32,000 bases of DNA from Candidatus Saccharimonadota bacterium (GTDB lineage: Bacteria; Patescibacteriota; Gracilibacteria; UBA4473). The translations under genes and the position numbers were made by a program. Positions within the stretch are counted from its first letter, which is position 1, and each line of letters opens with the position of its first letter. Location of the stretch: the NCBI GenBank assembly GCA_963677105.1, contig OY781871.1:390001-422000 (forward strand), written 5' to 3'. Below, in pieces: positions 23,531 through 32,000 of this stretch. The notes beneath the pieces are model-generated. The model was not told the origin of the DNA, made no database searches, and saw only the letters and a list, made by a program, of their open reading frames with translations.

Positions 23531-24825
23531 GCTAAATTTTCTTTAATTTGTGTTGCCTCTAATGTTGGCAATAATTGTTGAACTTGTTGTAAAAATTGTC
23601 GTCCAGTACTACTTCTTGGTATTTGTTCAAAAATCATTTCCAGTTCCTCTTTTGGAGAACTTGCCTTCATAATTTGTTGTGATAGTGCTTCTATATACTG
23701 TTTTTGTAAAATCCATCCCTGAGAACGTAGTTCTTTTGGAAGTGGAGCAAAAAGACGTTGTAAAAGAGCATATCTGTTAAAAATAAGGAATTCACTTTCT
23801 GGCAATAAAACCTTTTCTTTCGGCTCTTTTTCAACCAATTTCAATAATGTGTTAACGGCGTATGCGTTTTCAAGTAACGTCTTTTTCTTTTCTCTTTCAC
23901 TCAATCTCTTGAGAACTTCTTCTCTCGAAAGAAGATCTAAATTTTCTCGACGAAGAACTTGTAAATTTCGAGAAGATTTTAGCACTTGTGCAATCGATCG
24001 AAATGTACGATCTGCATTTTCAAGTTCTGCCATTGCTTTTTTAGAATCTCGTAAAGAATATGCCTCTATTGAATTCAATGCTCTCGTTCGTGCAATCAAA
24101 AGTTTTGCTTTAATCGCAAGAATTTGTGACGTTGAAAGACGTAAATCTTGAGGAATTTCTGGTGGCATTTGCGTATCAGTTTGTAGTCGCAATTCTTCTC
24201 CTTCTGCAATATTTACTCGTTCTTGATTCCAAGCAGTTACCCAAATGTCACTTTCTCGTGGTTGAATACGAGTTTCTCCACTATTTGAAACTAAAACATT
24301 AAGCGTCGCGTCTTCCTCGGCGTTAATTTTTCCTCTATTCGTTTCAATTGATCCAGATGAAATATTTCCATCCAGTGAACCTTTTACTAAAAAAAGCGAG
24401 TCATCTCGTGAAACTCGTACTTCTGCGCTATCACTTGCAACAGCGTTGAGTGATTTTCTCAGTTGTATCTCCGCTGAAGAATTATTTCCAACTAATATCT
24501 GATCTCCAATACGAAGTGGTGTTTTCCCTGTTGCAACAAAAACTTCTCCATCACGAACAACTTCAACAAGTCCTGTTGGGGAAAGATCTCCTGCTGAACG
24601 TTCTGCTCCAAAAAAAGGAAAGAAAGATAATATAATTGCTCCAATCGTTGCTGAACGAACCCACGTATATCCAAATATTCGAGAAAAAATATTTTGAGGT
24701 TTTTGATGTACAAACTCTGCTAATACTCGTTCGCGGACACGTGTCATTTGAGCTGTATCAACTGAATTTGAGGATTCAGCGATAAAAAAATCACGAAGTC
24801 GTTGTTGTAATTTTTCAAAGCCCAT
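23518..24825 (-). CDS. FecR-like single-pass membrane protein with helical C-terminal region
   Basis: Cytoplasmic N-terminus, TM segment (ATIGAIILSFFPFFG), then a beta-rich segment (VEVVRDGEVFVATGKTPLRIGDQILVGNNSSAEIQL) resembling FecR-type domains, followed by a long helical region. No adjacent sigma factor gene. Confidence 0.45.
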   Translation of the reverse strand: MGFEKLQQRLRDFFIAESSNSVDTAQMTRVRERVLAEFVHQKPQNIFSRIFGYTWVRSATIGAIILSFFPFFGAERSAGDLSPTGLVEVVRDGEVFVATGKTPLRIGDQILVGNNSSAEIQLRKSLNAVASDSAEVRVSRDDSLFLVKGSLDGNISSGSIETNRGKINAEEDATLNVLVSNSGETRIQPRESDIWVTAWNQERVNIAEGEELRLQTDTQMPPEIPQDLRLSTSQILAIKAKLLIARTRALNSIEAYSLRDSKKAMAELENADRTFRSIAQVLKSSRNLQVLRRENLDLLSREEVLKRLSEREKKKTLLENAYAVNTLLKLVEKEPKEKVLLPESEFLIFNRYALLQRLFAPLPKELRSQGWILQKQYIEALSQQIMKASSPKEELEMIFEQIPRSSTGRQFLQQVQQLLPTLEATQIKENLALWK

Positions 24826-24912
24826 TCGTAGCTTAGAACGAAAAAGTTACCAAAATGTTACATTTTTACAGCACAAATAACAAGATTCTGCCTACGGTAT
24901 AAAAATAATCGT

Positions 24913-25485
24913 TTAATCAAAAGAAACTGATTGGATAACAACTGGTTCAATTGGTCGATCCATTAGGTCAGTATGAACTCGAGAAACACGATCAATTACA
25001 GACATATTACTAATTACTTGCCCAAAAATAGAATGTTTCCCATCAAGAAACGGTGCGTCCTCATGAACAATAAAAAACTGAGATCCATTTGTGTCTGGTC
25101 CTCGATTTGCCATCGAAACAGCTCCTCTTACATGAGACAAATTCTGTGATATTTCGTCTGACAACATGCCTCCACCAAACGCTTCTCCACCAGTTCCATC
25201 TGCATTTTCATAATCTCCTCCCTGGATCACAAACCCTTTTATTACTCGATGAAATATCGTTTCATCGTATTTCCCTGATTTTGCTAATTGATAAAAATTA
25301 TCCGCTATTTTCGGTGCTTCATCTCGAAAAAGTTTAATTTTTATGTTTCCCACATTTGTATGAAGCGTTACTATTTCTGGCTTAGAAGAACCTATTAATG
25401 AAGTCATAAGTGCTTTTGGATTTACGAAAAAGGTAAGTCCTGTGACCACTATTCCGATTCCGATTCCAAAGAAAATTTTCTTCAT
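24913..25485 (-). CDS. peptidyl-prolyl cis-trans isomerase, cyclophilin type, N-terminally anchored
   Basis: FHRVIKGFVIQGGD and SMANRGPDTNGSQFFIV are cyclophilin signatures. Hydrophobic N-terminus MKKIFFGIGIGIVVTGLTFF. Confidence 0.9.
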   Translation of the reverse strand: MKKIFFGIGIGIVVTGLTFFVNPKALMTSLIGSSKPEIVTLHTNVGNIKIKLFRDEAPKIADNFYQLAKSGKYDETIFHRVIKGFVIQGGDYENADGTGGEAFGGGMLSDEISQNLSHVRGAVSMANRGPDTNGSQFFIVHEDAPFLDGKHSIFGQVISNMSVIDRVSRVHTDLMDRPIEPVVIQSVSFD

Positions 25486-25562
25486 CGATTTTCATTCTGG
25501 CGAACGATTTTAGTGAGGTCAAATTTTATCAATGAAAACGCGGAATAAGTAGAGTTTTACAC

Positions 25563-25591
25563 TTGAAAAATTCGTCAAAATATGGTATCAT
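25563..25591 (+). promoter_or_regulatory. candidate promoter of the giant surface protein gene
   Basis: TTGAAA (25563-25568), 17-nt spacer ending in TGG, TATCAT (25586-25591). The ATG is at 25610. Confidence 0.35.
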
Positions 25592-25609
25592 TTCCTGATT
25601 TTTCAATAA

Positions 25610-28600
25610 ATGAATTTCCTAAAATATAAAAAACAATCTTGGTGGAAGGAGATATTGTGTCTCCAAAAGATTGTTGCGACCATTCTTATTATTAGTTTTT
25701 CTGCTGGATTGGTGCACTCTGACATTGATTTAGATGGAATTCCAGATGAGACCGATCCGTTTCCAGAAACAGCTGTCCAATCTCCACAAATTCTTTCTCC
25801 CACAGAAGATGAAGTTATATACGCTCCTTCTCGAGAAGTTATTTTTACCGGAACTGCAGAAGCCGGAAGTCAGATTAAATTATTTGAAGATGGAGTTTCT
25901 CAAGAACTTTCTTGCCAAGAACCAAATGCAGAAAATGTTCAAGGAACGGGACTTTTGGTGTCTAGCACTACTGGAAACAGTAGCGTTGATCAAGTTGGGC
26001 TACTAAACGGACAATCCGTCGTTGCACAAACATTTTATAATACAAATGCCGACTCTGTGTCCACAACATGGCGCAACAGCACAACTACATCTTGGGCAAC
26101 GGAAACCATTGATGATGCTATTGATGGAATCTGTGATTATCAAGCCGGTGGTTCTCCTGAAGATCGATGTGGAGATGTAGCGTTTCCCGAGCAAGTAATT
26201 ATATTATCAACTGCGGATCGAGTGTATTTGTTTGACGCACAACTTCGAACGTTTTGGAAAAGTCTGCCTGTTTCTAATGCAACTTCTGTTTCTGCAGAAA
26301 ACGGAATTATTTTTGTAGGAACTAGTACGGGAACTCTCGTATGGGATTTTGCAAATGATGATTTCTCACGTACTTTCACAAGTGAACTTCCGGCTGGAGC
26401 TGTTGTTTCTCTCGATACCGTTGCTGTTGGATCAACTCAATATCTTCTCGTTGCAACGACTGGTGGAGCTGCTGTTATAAATTTAACGACTGATGCAGTA
26501 CTAACTTCTCTCGACTCTGGATCTCTTGTAGGAGCAGCATTTACATCGTCTAATCGTATTTTGTGGGCAACAGCAACAGAAGTATTCGTTTCGGATGACG
26601 CTGTAGACTTACTGGCAAATAATTGGACGAGTACTGATATATCAAATACTGCACGCTTTCCCTTTGATTCTCCTGGAACGGTAACCGCTATTTCCTCTGA
26701 TTTAATCGGATTAACAACTGGAGTTACGCGCGTATTCGACGACGGAAATGGCAATATTTTAATTCAATACGTAACTCGTAATTCAACAACATTGCCTCTT
26801 GGATTAGCTTCTCGTGGACATTGGCTAGAAACAGATGCTTCTGAGTCAATTGACGTAAGTATCGCAGAAAAAGATTTAGATAATAATTTGACAGTAACGT
26901 CCGTTCCTGCAGCAACAGGAACGGACTTAAGCGTTTTTGAATTCGGTGGAACTAACCGTTATCTAGAAAGTAAAAATAATACTGACTTTTCTGTAACGGG
27001 AAATCATTTGACTGTTGGAGCATGGGTTCGTCGTCCTGATTTTGGAGGAACTGGACCGTTTAAAAAATTAATGTCTCATGGAGATGGTTCGGCAAGTGAT
27101 GAATGGGACTATTGGCTCTCTGCTGGAGAAAACTTTTTCGATTACGGACTGAACGCAGATCCATATTTCTTCGGGATGCGAACTTCTGAAGGCGAACGTG
27201 GTGCTGTTGCTTTCACCTTTGCTTTAAACACGTGGCAACTTCTTGTAGGAACATATGACGGAGATGCTGGAGAATTAAAAATTTACTTAGACGGAGTTGA
27301 ACAAGATCAAAATATTTTTCTTCCTGGAATAAATCCTGTTTCTCTTTCTGGTGATATTGCCTCGGTGGAAAAAGTACTTCGTCTCGGATGGGGATATAAT
27401 ACAGAATATTTTAACGGAGACATGGCACTTCCGTTTATTACAGCTGAAACATATTCTTCTGAACAAGTCGCATTGCTTCATCGTTACTCAAACGGATGGT
27501 TTGCCGAAGACACAAAAACTACTCTCCGGGGAACATCTGATGCCGTTGTTGATGTGACTTGTGACGATGCGCATAAAGAATGTTTTGTGTTAACAGATGA
27601 TGGAACTGTGACACGTATTGATGGAAATTTATTCGCTGGGGGAGTAACCTCTGAAGTCGCAAATGTGACTGATGTTGCAAAAATTACTCCAACATATCTC
27701 GGAACATGGCAATGTACACATTCGTTTGATACCAGTGGAGAATATACTATTTCTGCAAAAACATATTGGAATGATGGTCCAACGACAATCAATTCTTTGC
27801 CTCGAACTTTCACCGTATTTTCACAAGCAGAACAAACGCTGGAAGCTCCAGAAATACTTGCTTTCCCTGATGAATTTATTGCACATGACACAGCCACTGT
27901 TCTGTGGAGTACGGATGAAACCGATGAAGACTATTTTGTCGCTCAAGTCGCAACTGATCCCGGATTTCAGATTGGACTTCGTCAACAAATTTCTCAAGGA
28001 CATTCTGCTCGTTTTGATGCGCTGGACGACACCCAGCAATATTATTTTCGAGTGAAGGCACAAAACAATTTTGGTGGAATTTCAGATTGGTCAGAAATTA
28101 TTACGACAACTGTTGATACATCTGCACCAACTGATGGCATTATTGAAAATACCGATGGAAGATTTTCTTCTGATACAGAAATTGGATTTTCATGGGAAAC
28201 GAATCCTTTTTCAGATTTAGGCGCGGGAATTATTTGGTACGACTTAGAAATAAGCAAAGACCAAACATTTGTTGATGAAGATCAGCGAGTGTTTAAAAAT
28301 GATCGTCTCATTGCCACCAGTTACACATTTACCGGAGAAACAGGAGAAACGTACTTCGCACGAGTTCGTGCAATGGACGCTGTTGGAAATTGGTCTTCTT
28401 GGGCAGAAAGTTCTGGAACACTCATTGATACAACGGCACCGGAAGACTTTTCGTTAGCATCAATTTCTACAACTGCTGATAATGAAATTCGTCTTCGATG
28501 GACCCCATCTTCTGATGCAGAAACTGGAATTGAAGAATACGAAATATGGCAAAAAGATAATGCTGGTGATTTCACTCTTCTGGAAACAGTTAGACCAGAA

Positions 28601-31600
28601 ATACGTTCTCATAAAGTCACTGCACTTCAAGACACTCATACATATATTTTTAAAATTGTTGCCCAAAATGGTGCCGATCTTTCTACGGAAACGGGCGAAC
28701 AAAGTGTTATTATAAATGATTCTCTCTCCTCTGCGCCACAGCTACTCAGTTCTTCGTATTCAAGTTCTACAAACGTTTCTCTTGAGTGGACGGAAGATTC
28801 TGATCTTTCAACCGCTACGCAATATCAAATTTTTAGAAACGATGCTTTTCTTGGATCTGTAGATATAAGCGAAACAACATTTGTCGATCCAGACACGCAT
28901 TCTTCTGGAGAAGTTTTTGCATATAAAGTACGAACCTTTCGTCCTGCAGCAGGAGAAGAACTGGAAGCTTTTGGAGATTTTTCCCCAGAATTAAATATTT
29001 TGATTGATAACACAGATCCTTCTCTTGATACTTTTGAAATACTTGGACCAACGCCGGTAAACGATTGGCGAAACAGAAACTTTTCTCTTCAATTATTTGG
29101 TACCGATGGAACTCCTGTTTTTGATCCTACAACATCAACAGGAAATGGATTTTCAGCTGGACTCGATAATGTGTTTTTCAGAGAAGGAACGTCTGGAGAT
29201 TTTGGATTACACAATGTCCCAATCCTTCTTACTGATTCAGGAATTCATGATTTTCAATTTAAGTTTCAAGATCGTGCTGGAAATGAAACTGACCCACCAA
29301 GCAATATTGCTGACATAAAATTGGATAAAATTGCTCCAACAATATCTATTGCACAAAGTTCTGTTTCTGATTCCGTTTTCACTGAAAAGAATGGATTTAT
29401 TTCTACAAACACACTGCAATATGAAATAACGGCAACTGATGGAAATTCTGGAATTGACGCAACAACCTATGAGATTTCATATCGATTAGACAAAAATGGA
29501 GACGGATTTTTCCGTACAGATGATGGCGATATTCTGTGGACATCTTGGTCTTCGTCAAACGCAAATGATACGCTTACTGTTCCTGACGATGGAATAATGG
29601 AACTCCGATCAGCAGTAACAGATCTTGCCGGAAACCGAAATATTTCGGATATTTTGGTAGTAAAAATTGATCGTCAATCACCATTTATTTCTTCAGATGC
29701 TCCGACACAACCAATTGCTTCTGACACAATTGTGCAAATAAATGTTGCTGATGTTTCTGCCGTTTCTTCTGGAAAAGAAACTGTATATTATACAAAAAAT
29801 GGCGCTGATCCCAAAACTGCTCTTTTCCCAATTCTTCATGAGGGAACAACTGTATTTATTGATCAAAGTGTTGATGCTCCTGGAGGATTATTTACAATAA
29901 AATATTATGCCGTAGATGCGGTTGGAAATGAAAGCGAAACACATGTTGCAACAAATGACATAACAGATAGCGACAGTGATGGACTTCCCGATTGGTGGGA
30001 AACTCTCTACGGCGGAACAGTTGATCCAACGTCTGATACTGATGTTGATGGATTAACAGCAGAACAGGAATTTAATTTAAAAACAAATCCTACGCTTTCT
30101 GATTCTGATAGAGATGGTGTGCTCGATGGAGAAGAAAATACCGCTGGAACAGATCCTTTAAACGGAACTGATCACAAATTTCAATGGATTTCTCCAGCAG
30201 ATTCATCAACCATTAAATCTACTTTTACGATTGCTGGAACAGCAACTCCTGGATCTGTAGCTGAAGTTTTTGACACTACAACAAGCACTTCTTTAGGAAC
30301 AGCAACGGTTGATCCGTATGGAAGATTTTCTATGGAAGTGTTTGAACTTGAAAATGGAAACCATTCGTTAAAAGTGGAATTCCAGCATCCAGAAAACCCT
30401 CTCGCCGTTATTGAAAGTGATTTGCAAAACATAACTGTAAACGAAACAACTGGAACACAGCCACAAATTACTAATATTTCTGATGACGACGAAGTCGGTC
30501 CTTCTACTTCGCGAGTGCTTGTTTCAAATGTTTCAGCAAACTCTCCTGTTGAACTATTCGAAATTATCGACAATGTGACATATTCTCTTGGAACAGCTAA
30601 CACATCGTCTGAAGGAACAGCTGATATTTGGCTTCCACGTCGATCTGAAGAACGTCGAATCTTTGTTCTCGATCATTCTACATGGAAAACGTCTGAAATT
30701 GTTCAATTTGAACAAGGAGTATTTATTGAAGGAATCATATTTGATGAAGATTTACAACCTTTAGAAGATGCGACAATTGAACTCACTGATTCTCTCGACT
30801 CATCCACAAGTGTTCAGACAATAGAAAATGGAACCTACCAAATATTTGCTCGAACGAATCAAACCTATACTTTTCGAGTAGAAGCAGACGGATTTTATCC
30901 AGAAGAACAGGTTGTAATAACGGCGTTTGATGATATTCGATTAAACAAAACACTCATTGAAATGAACCGAATAGTAACAGTAGGAGGAGTCGTTTCTGAT
31001 TCCGAAGGAACTCCGTTAAAAGACGTTGAAATAGTCTTAACAGCTGATTCGACGGAATTTCCTACAACCACAAATATTGATGGAACGTATTCGATACTTG
31101 TTCCTGCCAGTAAAACATATGATGCAATATTCTCACTTGTTACATATGACACTCATTCTCAGTCTATAGAAGTAAATCGTCACAACGTTGAAGTGAATGT
31201 TACGTTGGTCGAACAAGGTTCTTCCGTTGCTGTTTCTGGACGAACGTGGTCGTTAACAACTGATTCTCCTCTTGCTGGTGTTTCAGCCACTTTTATTTCT
31301 AATCAAAACGAATATTTTCAAACACAATCTGACGGCTCAGGAAATTTTGCACTCGCTTTACTCCGTGATCGAGAATATGTAGCTACATTCAGTCGTCAAT
31401 GGTATGACGATGTTTCTATTACTTTCCAAGTTGGATCGGATGCAACCGTCCTTCCCGATATTGAAATGACTGCCTTTTATGCAGAAGCTGCAAAACGTGG
31501 ATGGTCAGGACGTCGTTTGGACGATCCCGCAGATTCTATTTCTGATGACTGGATTCCTGTAATGACGTACGAAGAATCGTTAGAACAAATAGAGCGATTG

Positions 31601-32000
31601 AATGCGGGAATTGCTGGACAAATTAAGACGCGCGAACAACACGGAGAAGAAAAATTTGCTGGATATATTTCAGGACGAATTGCTGTCGATGACTTTTACC
31701 GAAAAGATGATTCATTGAGACTTGGATTAAGTGGTTTTAGCGAACGAATTAAACAGCAACATGCTTCTGCAAAAATTGGATATTGTCTTGAGTTCAAAGA
31801 CACAACAATGGCGTTCCGTGATGTTCCTGTTCGAAGTCGCGAATATACTGCTATTGCGAAAGTGTACAGTTTGGGACAAATGTCACTCGATGAAACATTT
31901 AAATTCCGTCCTACAGAAATGATTACATGGGAAACAGCGCTCGAAATGGCATTTTCTGTGAGTTGTAGTCAACCCGACTCATTCGATCTTTTACAGTCTT
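25610..32000 (+). CDS. giant secreted multidomain surface protein (over 2130 aa, 3' end beyond window)
   Basis: Not in the ORF track. TAA at 25607-25609 is followed in frame by ATG at 25610, and I read no stop through 31999; every track ORF on + in this interval is in another frame. The N-terminus MNFLKYKKQSWWKEILCLQKIVATILIISFSAGLVHS is signal-like. By-eye domains: Asp-rich Ca-binding-type motifs (DIDLDGIPDETDPF; DSDSDGLPDWWE, DTDVDGLTAEQE and DSDRDGVLDGEE around 29960-30170); a LamG/ConA-like block (~26930-27500: HLTVGAWVRR...TWQLLVGTYDGDAGELKIYLDG); about four FN3-like modules (~27840-28990: YYFRVKAQNNFGGISDWS, TYFARVRAMDAVGNWSSW, EIRLRWTPS...YEIW); CarboxypepD_reg-like beta-sandwich repeats (~30715-31440: GVVSDSEGTPLKDVEIVL...TNIDGTYSILV); and a starting SLH domain (FRDVPVRSREYTAIAKVYSLGQMSLDETFKFRPTEMITWETALEMAF, ~31800-32000). 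Confidence 0.85.
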   Translation, partial: MNFLKYKKQSWWKEILCLQKIVATILIISFSAGLVHSDIDLDGIPDETDPFPETAVQSPQILSPTEDEVIYAPSREVIFTGTAEAGSQIKLFEDGVSQELSCQEPNAENVQGTGLLVSSTTGNSSVDQVGLLNGQSVVAQTFYNTNADSVSTTWRNSTTTSWATETIDDAIDGICDYQAGGSPEDRCGDVAFPEQVIILSTADRVYLFDAQLRTFWKSLPVSNATSVSAENGIIFVGTSTGTLVWDFANDDFSRTFTSELPAGAVVSLDTVAVGSTQYLLVATTGGAAVINLTTDAVLTSLDSGSLVGAAFTSSNRILWATATEVFVSDDAVDLLANNWTSTDISNTARFPFDSPGTVTAISSDLIGLTTGVTRVFDDGNGNILIQYVTRNSTTLPLGLASRGHWLETDASESIDVSIAEKDLDNNLTVTSVPAATGTDLSVFEFGGTNRYLESKNNTDFSVTGNHLTVGAWVRRPDFGGTGPFKKLMSHGDGSASDEWDYWLSAGENFFDYGLNADPYFFGMRTSEGERGAVAFTFALNTWQLLVGTYDGDAGELKIYLDGVEQDQNIFLPGINPVSLSGDIASVEKVLRLGWGYNTEYFNGDMALPFITAETYSSEQVALLHRYSNGWFAEDTKTTLRGTSDAVVDVTCDDAHKECFVLTDDGTVTRIDGNLFAGGVTSEVANVTDVAKITPTYLGTWQCTHSFDTSGEYTISAKTYWNDGPTTINSLPRTFTVFSQAEQTLEAPEILAFPDEFIAHDTATVLWSTDETDEDYFVAQVATDPGFQIGLRQQISQGHSARFDALDDTQQYYFRVKAQNNFGGISDWSEIITTTVDTSAPTDGIIENTDGRFSSDTEIGFSWETNPFSDLGAGIIWYDLEISKDQTFVDEDQRVFKNDRLIATSYTFTGETGETYFARVRAMDAVGNWSSWAESSGTLIDTTAPEDFSLASISTTADNEIRLRWTPSSDAETGIEEYEIWQKDNAGDFTLLETVRPEIRSHKVTALQDTHTYIFKIVAQNGADLSTETGEQSVIINDSLSSAPQLLSSSYSSSTNVSLEWTEDSDLSTATQYQIFRNDAFLGSVDISETTFVDPDTHSSGEVFAYKVRTFRPAAGEELEAFGDFSPELNILIDNTDPSLDTFEILGPTPVNDWRNRNFSLQLFGTDGTPVFDPTTSTGNGFSAGLDNVFFREGTSGDFGLHNVPILLTDSGIHDFQFKFQDRAGNETDPPSNIADIKLDKIAPTISIAQSSVSDSVFTEKNGFISTNTLQYEITATDGNSGIDATTYEISYRLDKNGDGFFRTDDGDILWTSWSSSNANDTLTVPDDGIMELRSAVTDLAGNRNISDILVVKIDRQSPFISSDAPTQPIASDTIVQINVADVSAVSSGKETVYYTKNGADPKTALFPILHEGTTVFIDQSVDAPGGLFTIKYYAVDAVGNESETHVATNDITDSDSDGLPDWWETLYGGTVDPTSDTDVDGLTAEQEFNLKTNPTLSDSDRDGVLDGEENTAGTDPLNGTDHKFQWISPADSSTIKSTFTIAGTATPGSVAEVFDTTTSTSLGTATVDPYGRFSMEVFELENGNHSLKVEFQHPENPLAVIESDLQNITVNETTGTQPQITNISDDDEVGPSTSRVLVSNVSANSPVELFEIIDNVTYSLGTANTSSEGTADIWLPRRSEERRIFVLDHSTWKTSEIVQFEQGVFIEGIIFDEDLQPLEDATIELTDSLDSSTSVQTIENGTYQIFARTNQTYTFRVEADGFYPEEQVVITAFDDIRLNKTLIEMNRIVTVGGVVSDSEGTPLKDVEIVLTADSTEFPTTTNIDGTYSILVPASKTYDAIFSLVTYDTHSQSIEVNRHNVEVNVTLVEQGSSVAVSGRTWSLTTDSPLAGVSATFISNQNEYFQTQSDGSGNFALALLRDREYVATFSRQWYDDVSITFQVGSDATVLPDIEMTAFYAEAAKRGWSGRRLDDPADSISDDWIPVMTYEESLEQIERLNAGIAGQIKTREQHGEEKFAGYISGRIAVDDFYRKDDSLRLGLSGFSERIKQQHASAKIGYCLEFKDTTMAFRDVPVRSREYTAIAKVYSLGQMSLDETFKFRPTEMITWETALEMAFSVSCSQPDSFDLLQS

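Noticed and set aside
25610-32000. The absence of long track ORFs over 6.4 kb suggested non-coding DNA or an alternative genetic code (for example UGA reassignment as in Gracilibacteria/SR1).
   Set aside because: One frame is completely open under the standard code from ATG 25610 to the window end; the track omits ORFs without an in-window stop. TGA also terminates the well-conserved comF and TrmH-family genes at their expected ends.
1-32000. Diversity-generating retroelement, retron, CRISPR-Cas or a known defence operon, which are often found near giant surface proteins in such genomes.
   Set aside because: No reverse transcriptase, Cas-like or nuclease/ATPase defence genes are present, and I saw no template/variable repeat pair. 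This cannot be excluded for sequence beyond the window.

Overview
Low-GC bacterial chromosomal window read with the standard bacterial code: TGA closes comF (5735-5737) and the TrmH-family gene (8197-8199). Core genes are ruvC, glmS, rpsP plus a KH protein, a TrbC/VirB2-like pilin-type membrane protein, comF, a beta-CASP MBL RNase, rpmB, a SpoU/TrmH methyltransferase, aspS, der, recF, an M16 peptidase, a DUF4395-like membrane protein, a FecR-like membrane protein and an anchored cyclophilin. Compact overlapping genes, ribosomal proteins with long tails, near absence of Shine-Dalgarno motifs and very large SLH-bearing surface proteins suggest a small-genome CPR/Patescibacteria-like lineage; this is inference only. 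Two ORFs are missing from the supplied track because they run off the window: a secreted multidomain surface protein of more than 2130 codons (25610 to 32000, +) and a 183-codon fragment (551 to 1, -). Accessory content: (1) a RAYT-like HUH/Y1 transposase surrounded by six copies of the perfect palindrome AGTTCGAACT, two of them in-frame inside recF and one inside the transposase gene; (2) a 1327-aa protein with three N-terminal SLH domains, a long leader and a canonical terminator; (3) a PKD-repeat operon; (4) three tandem paralogous small Cys-containing proteins, the middle one broken at an A7 run. The most unusual signal is non-coding. Seven intergenic spacers carry tandem heptamer arrays (TTTGNNN)n, always with TTTG on the + strand. 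Four arrays end in a conserved tail (TTTTRAG-CGAAGCGAC-TATTTC). The arrays abut or run through stop codons of minus-strand genes and supply -35-like hexamers to plus-strand genes. All promoter, terminator and family calls are by-eye pattern recognition; no searches were run.
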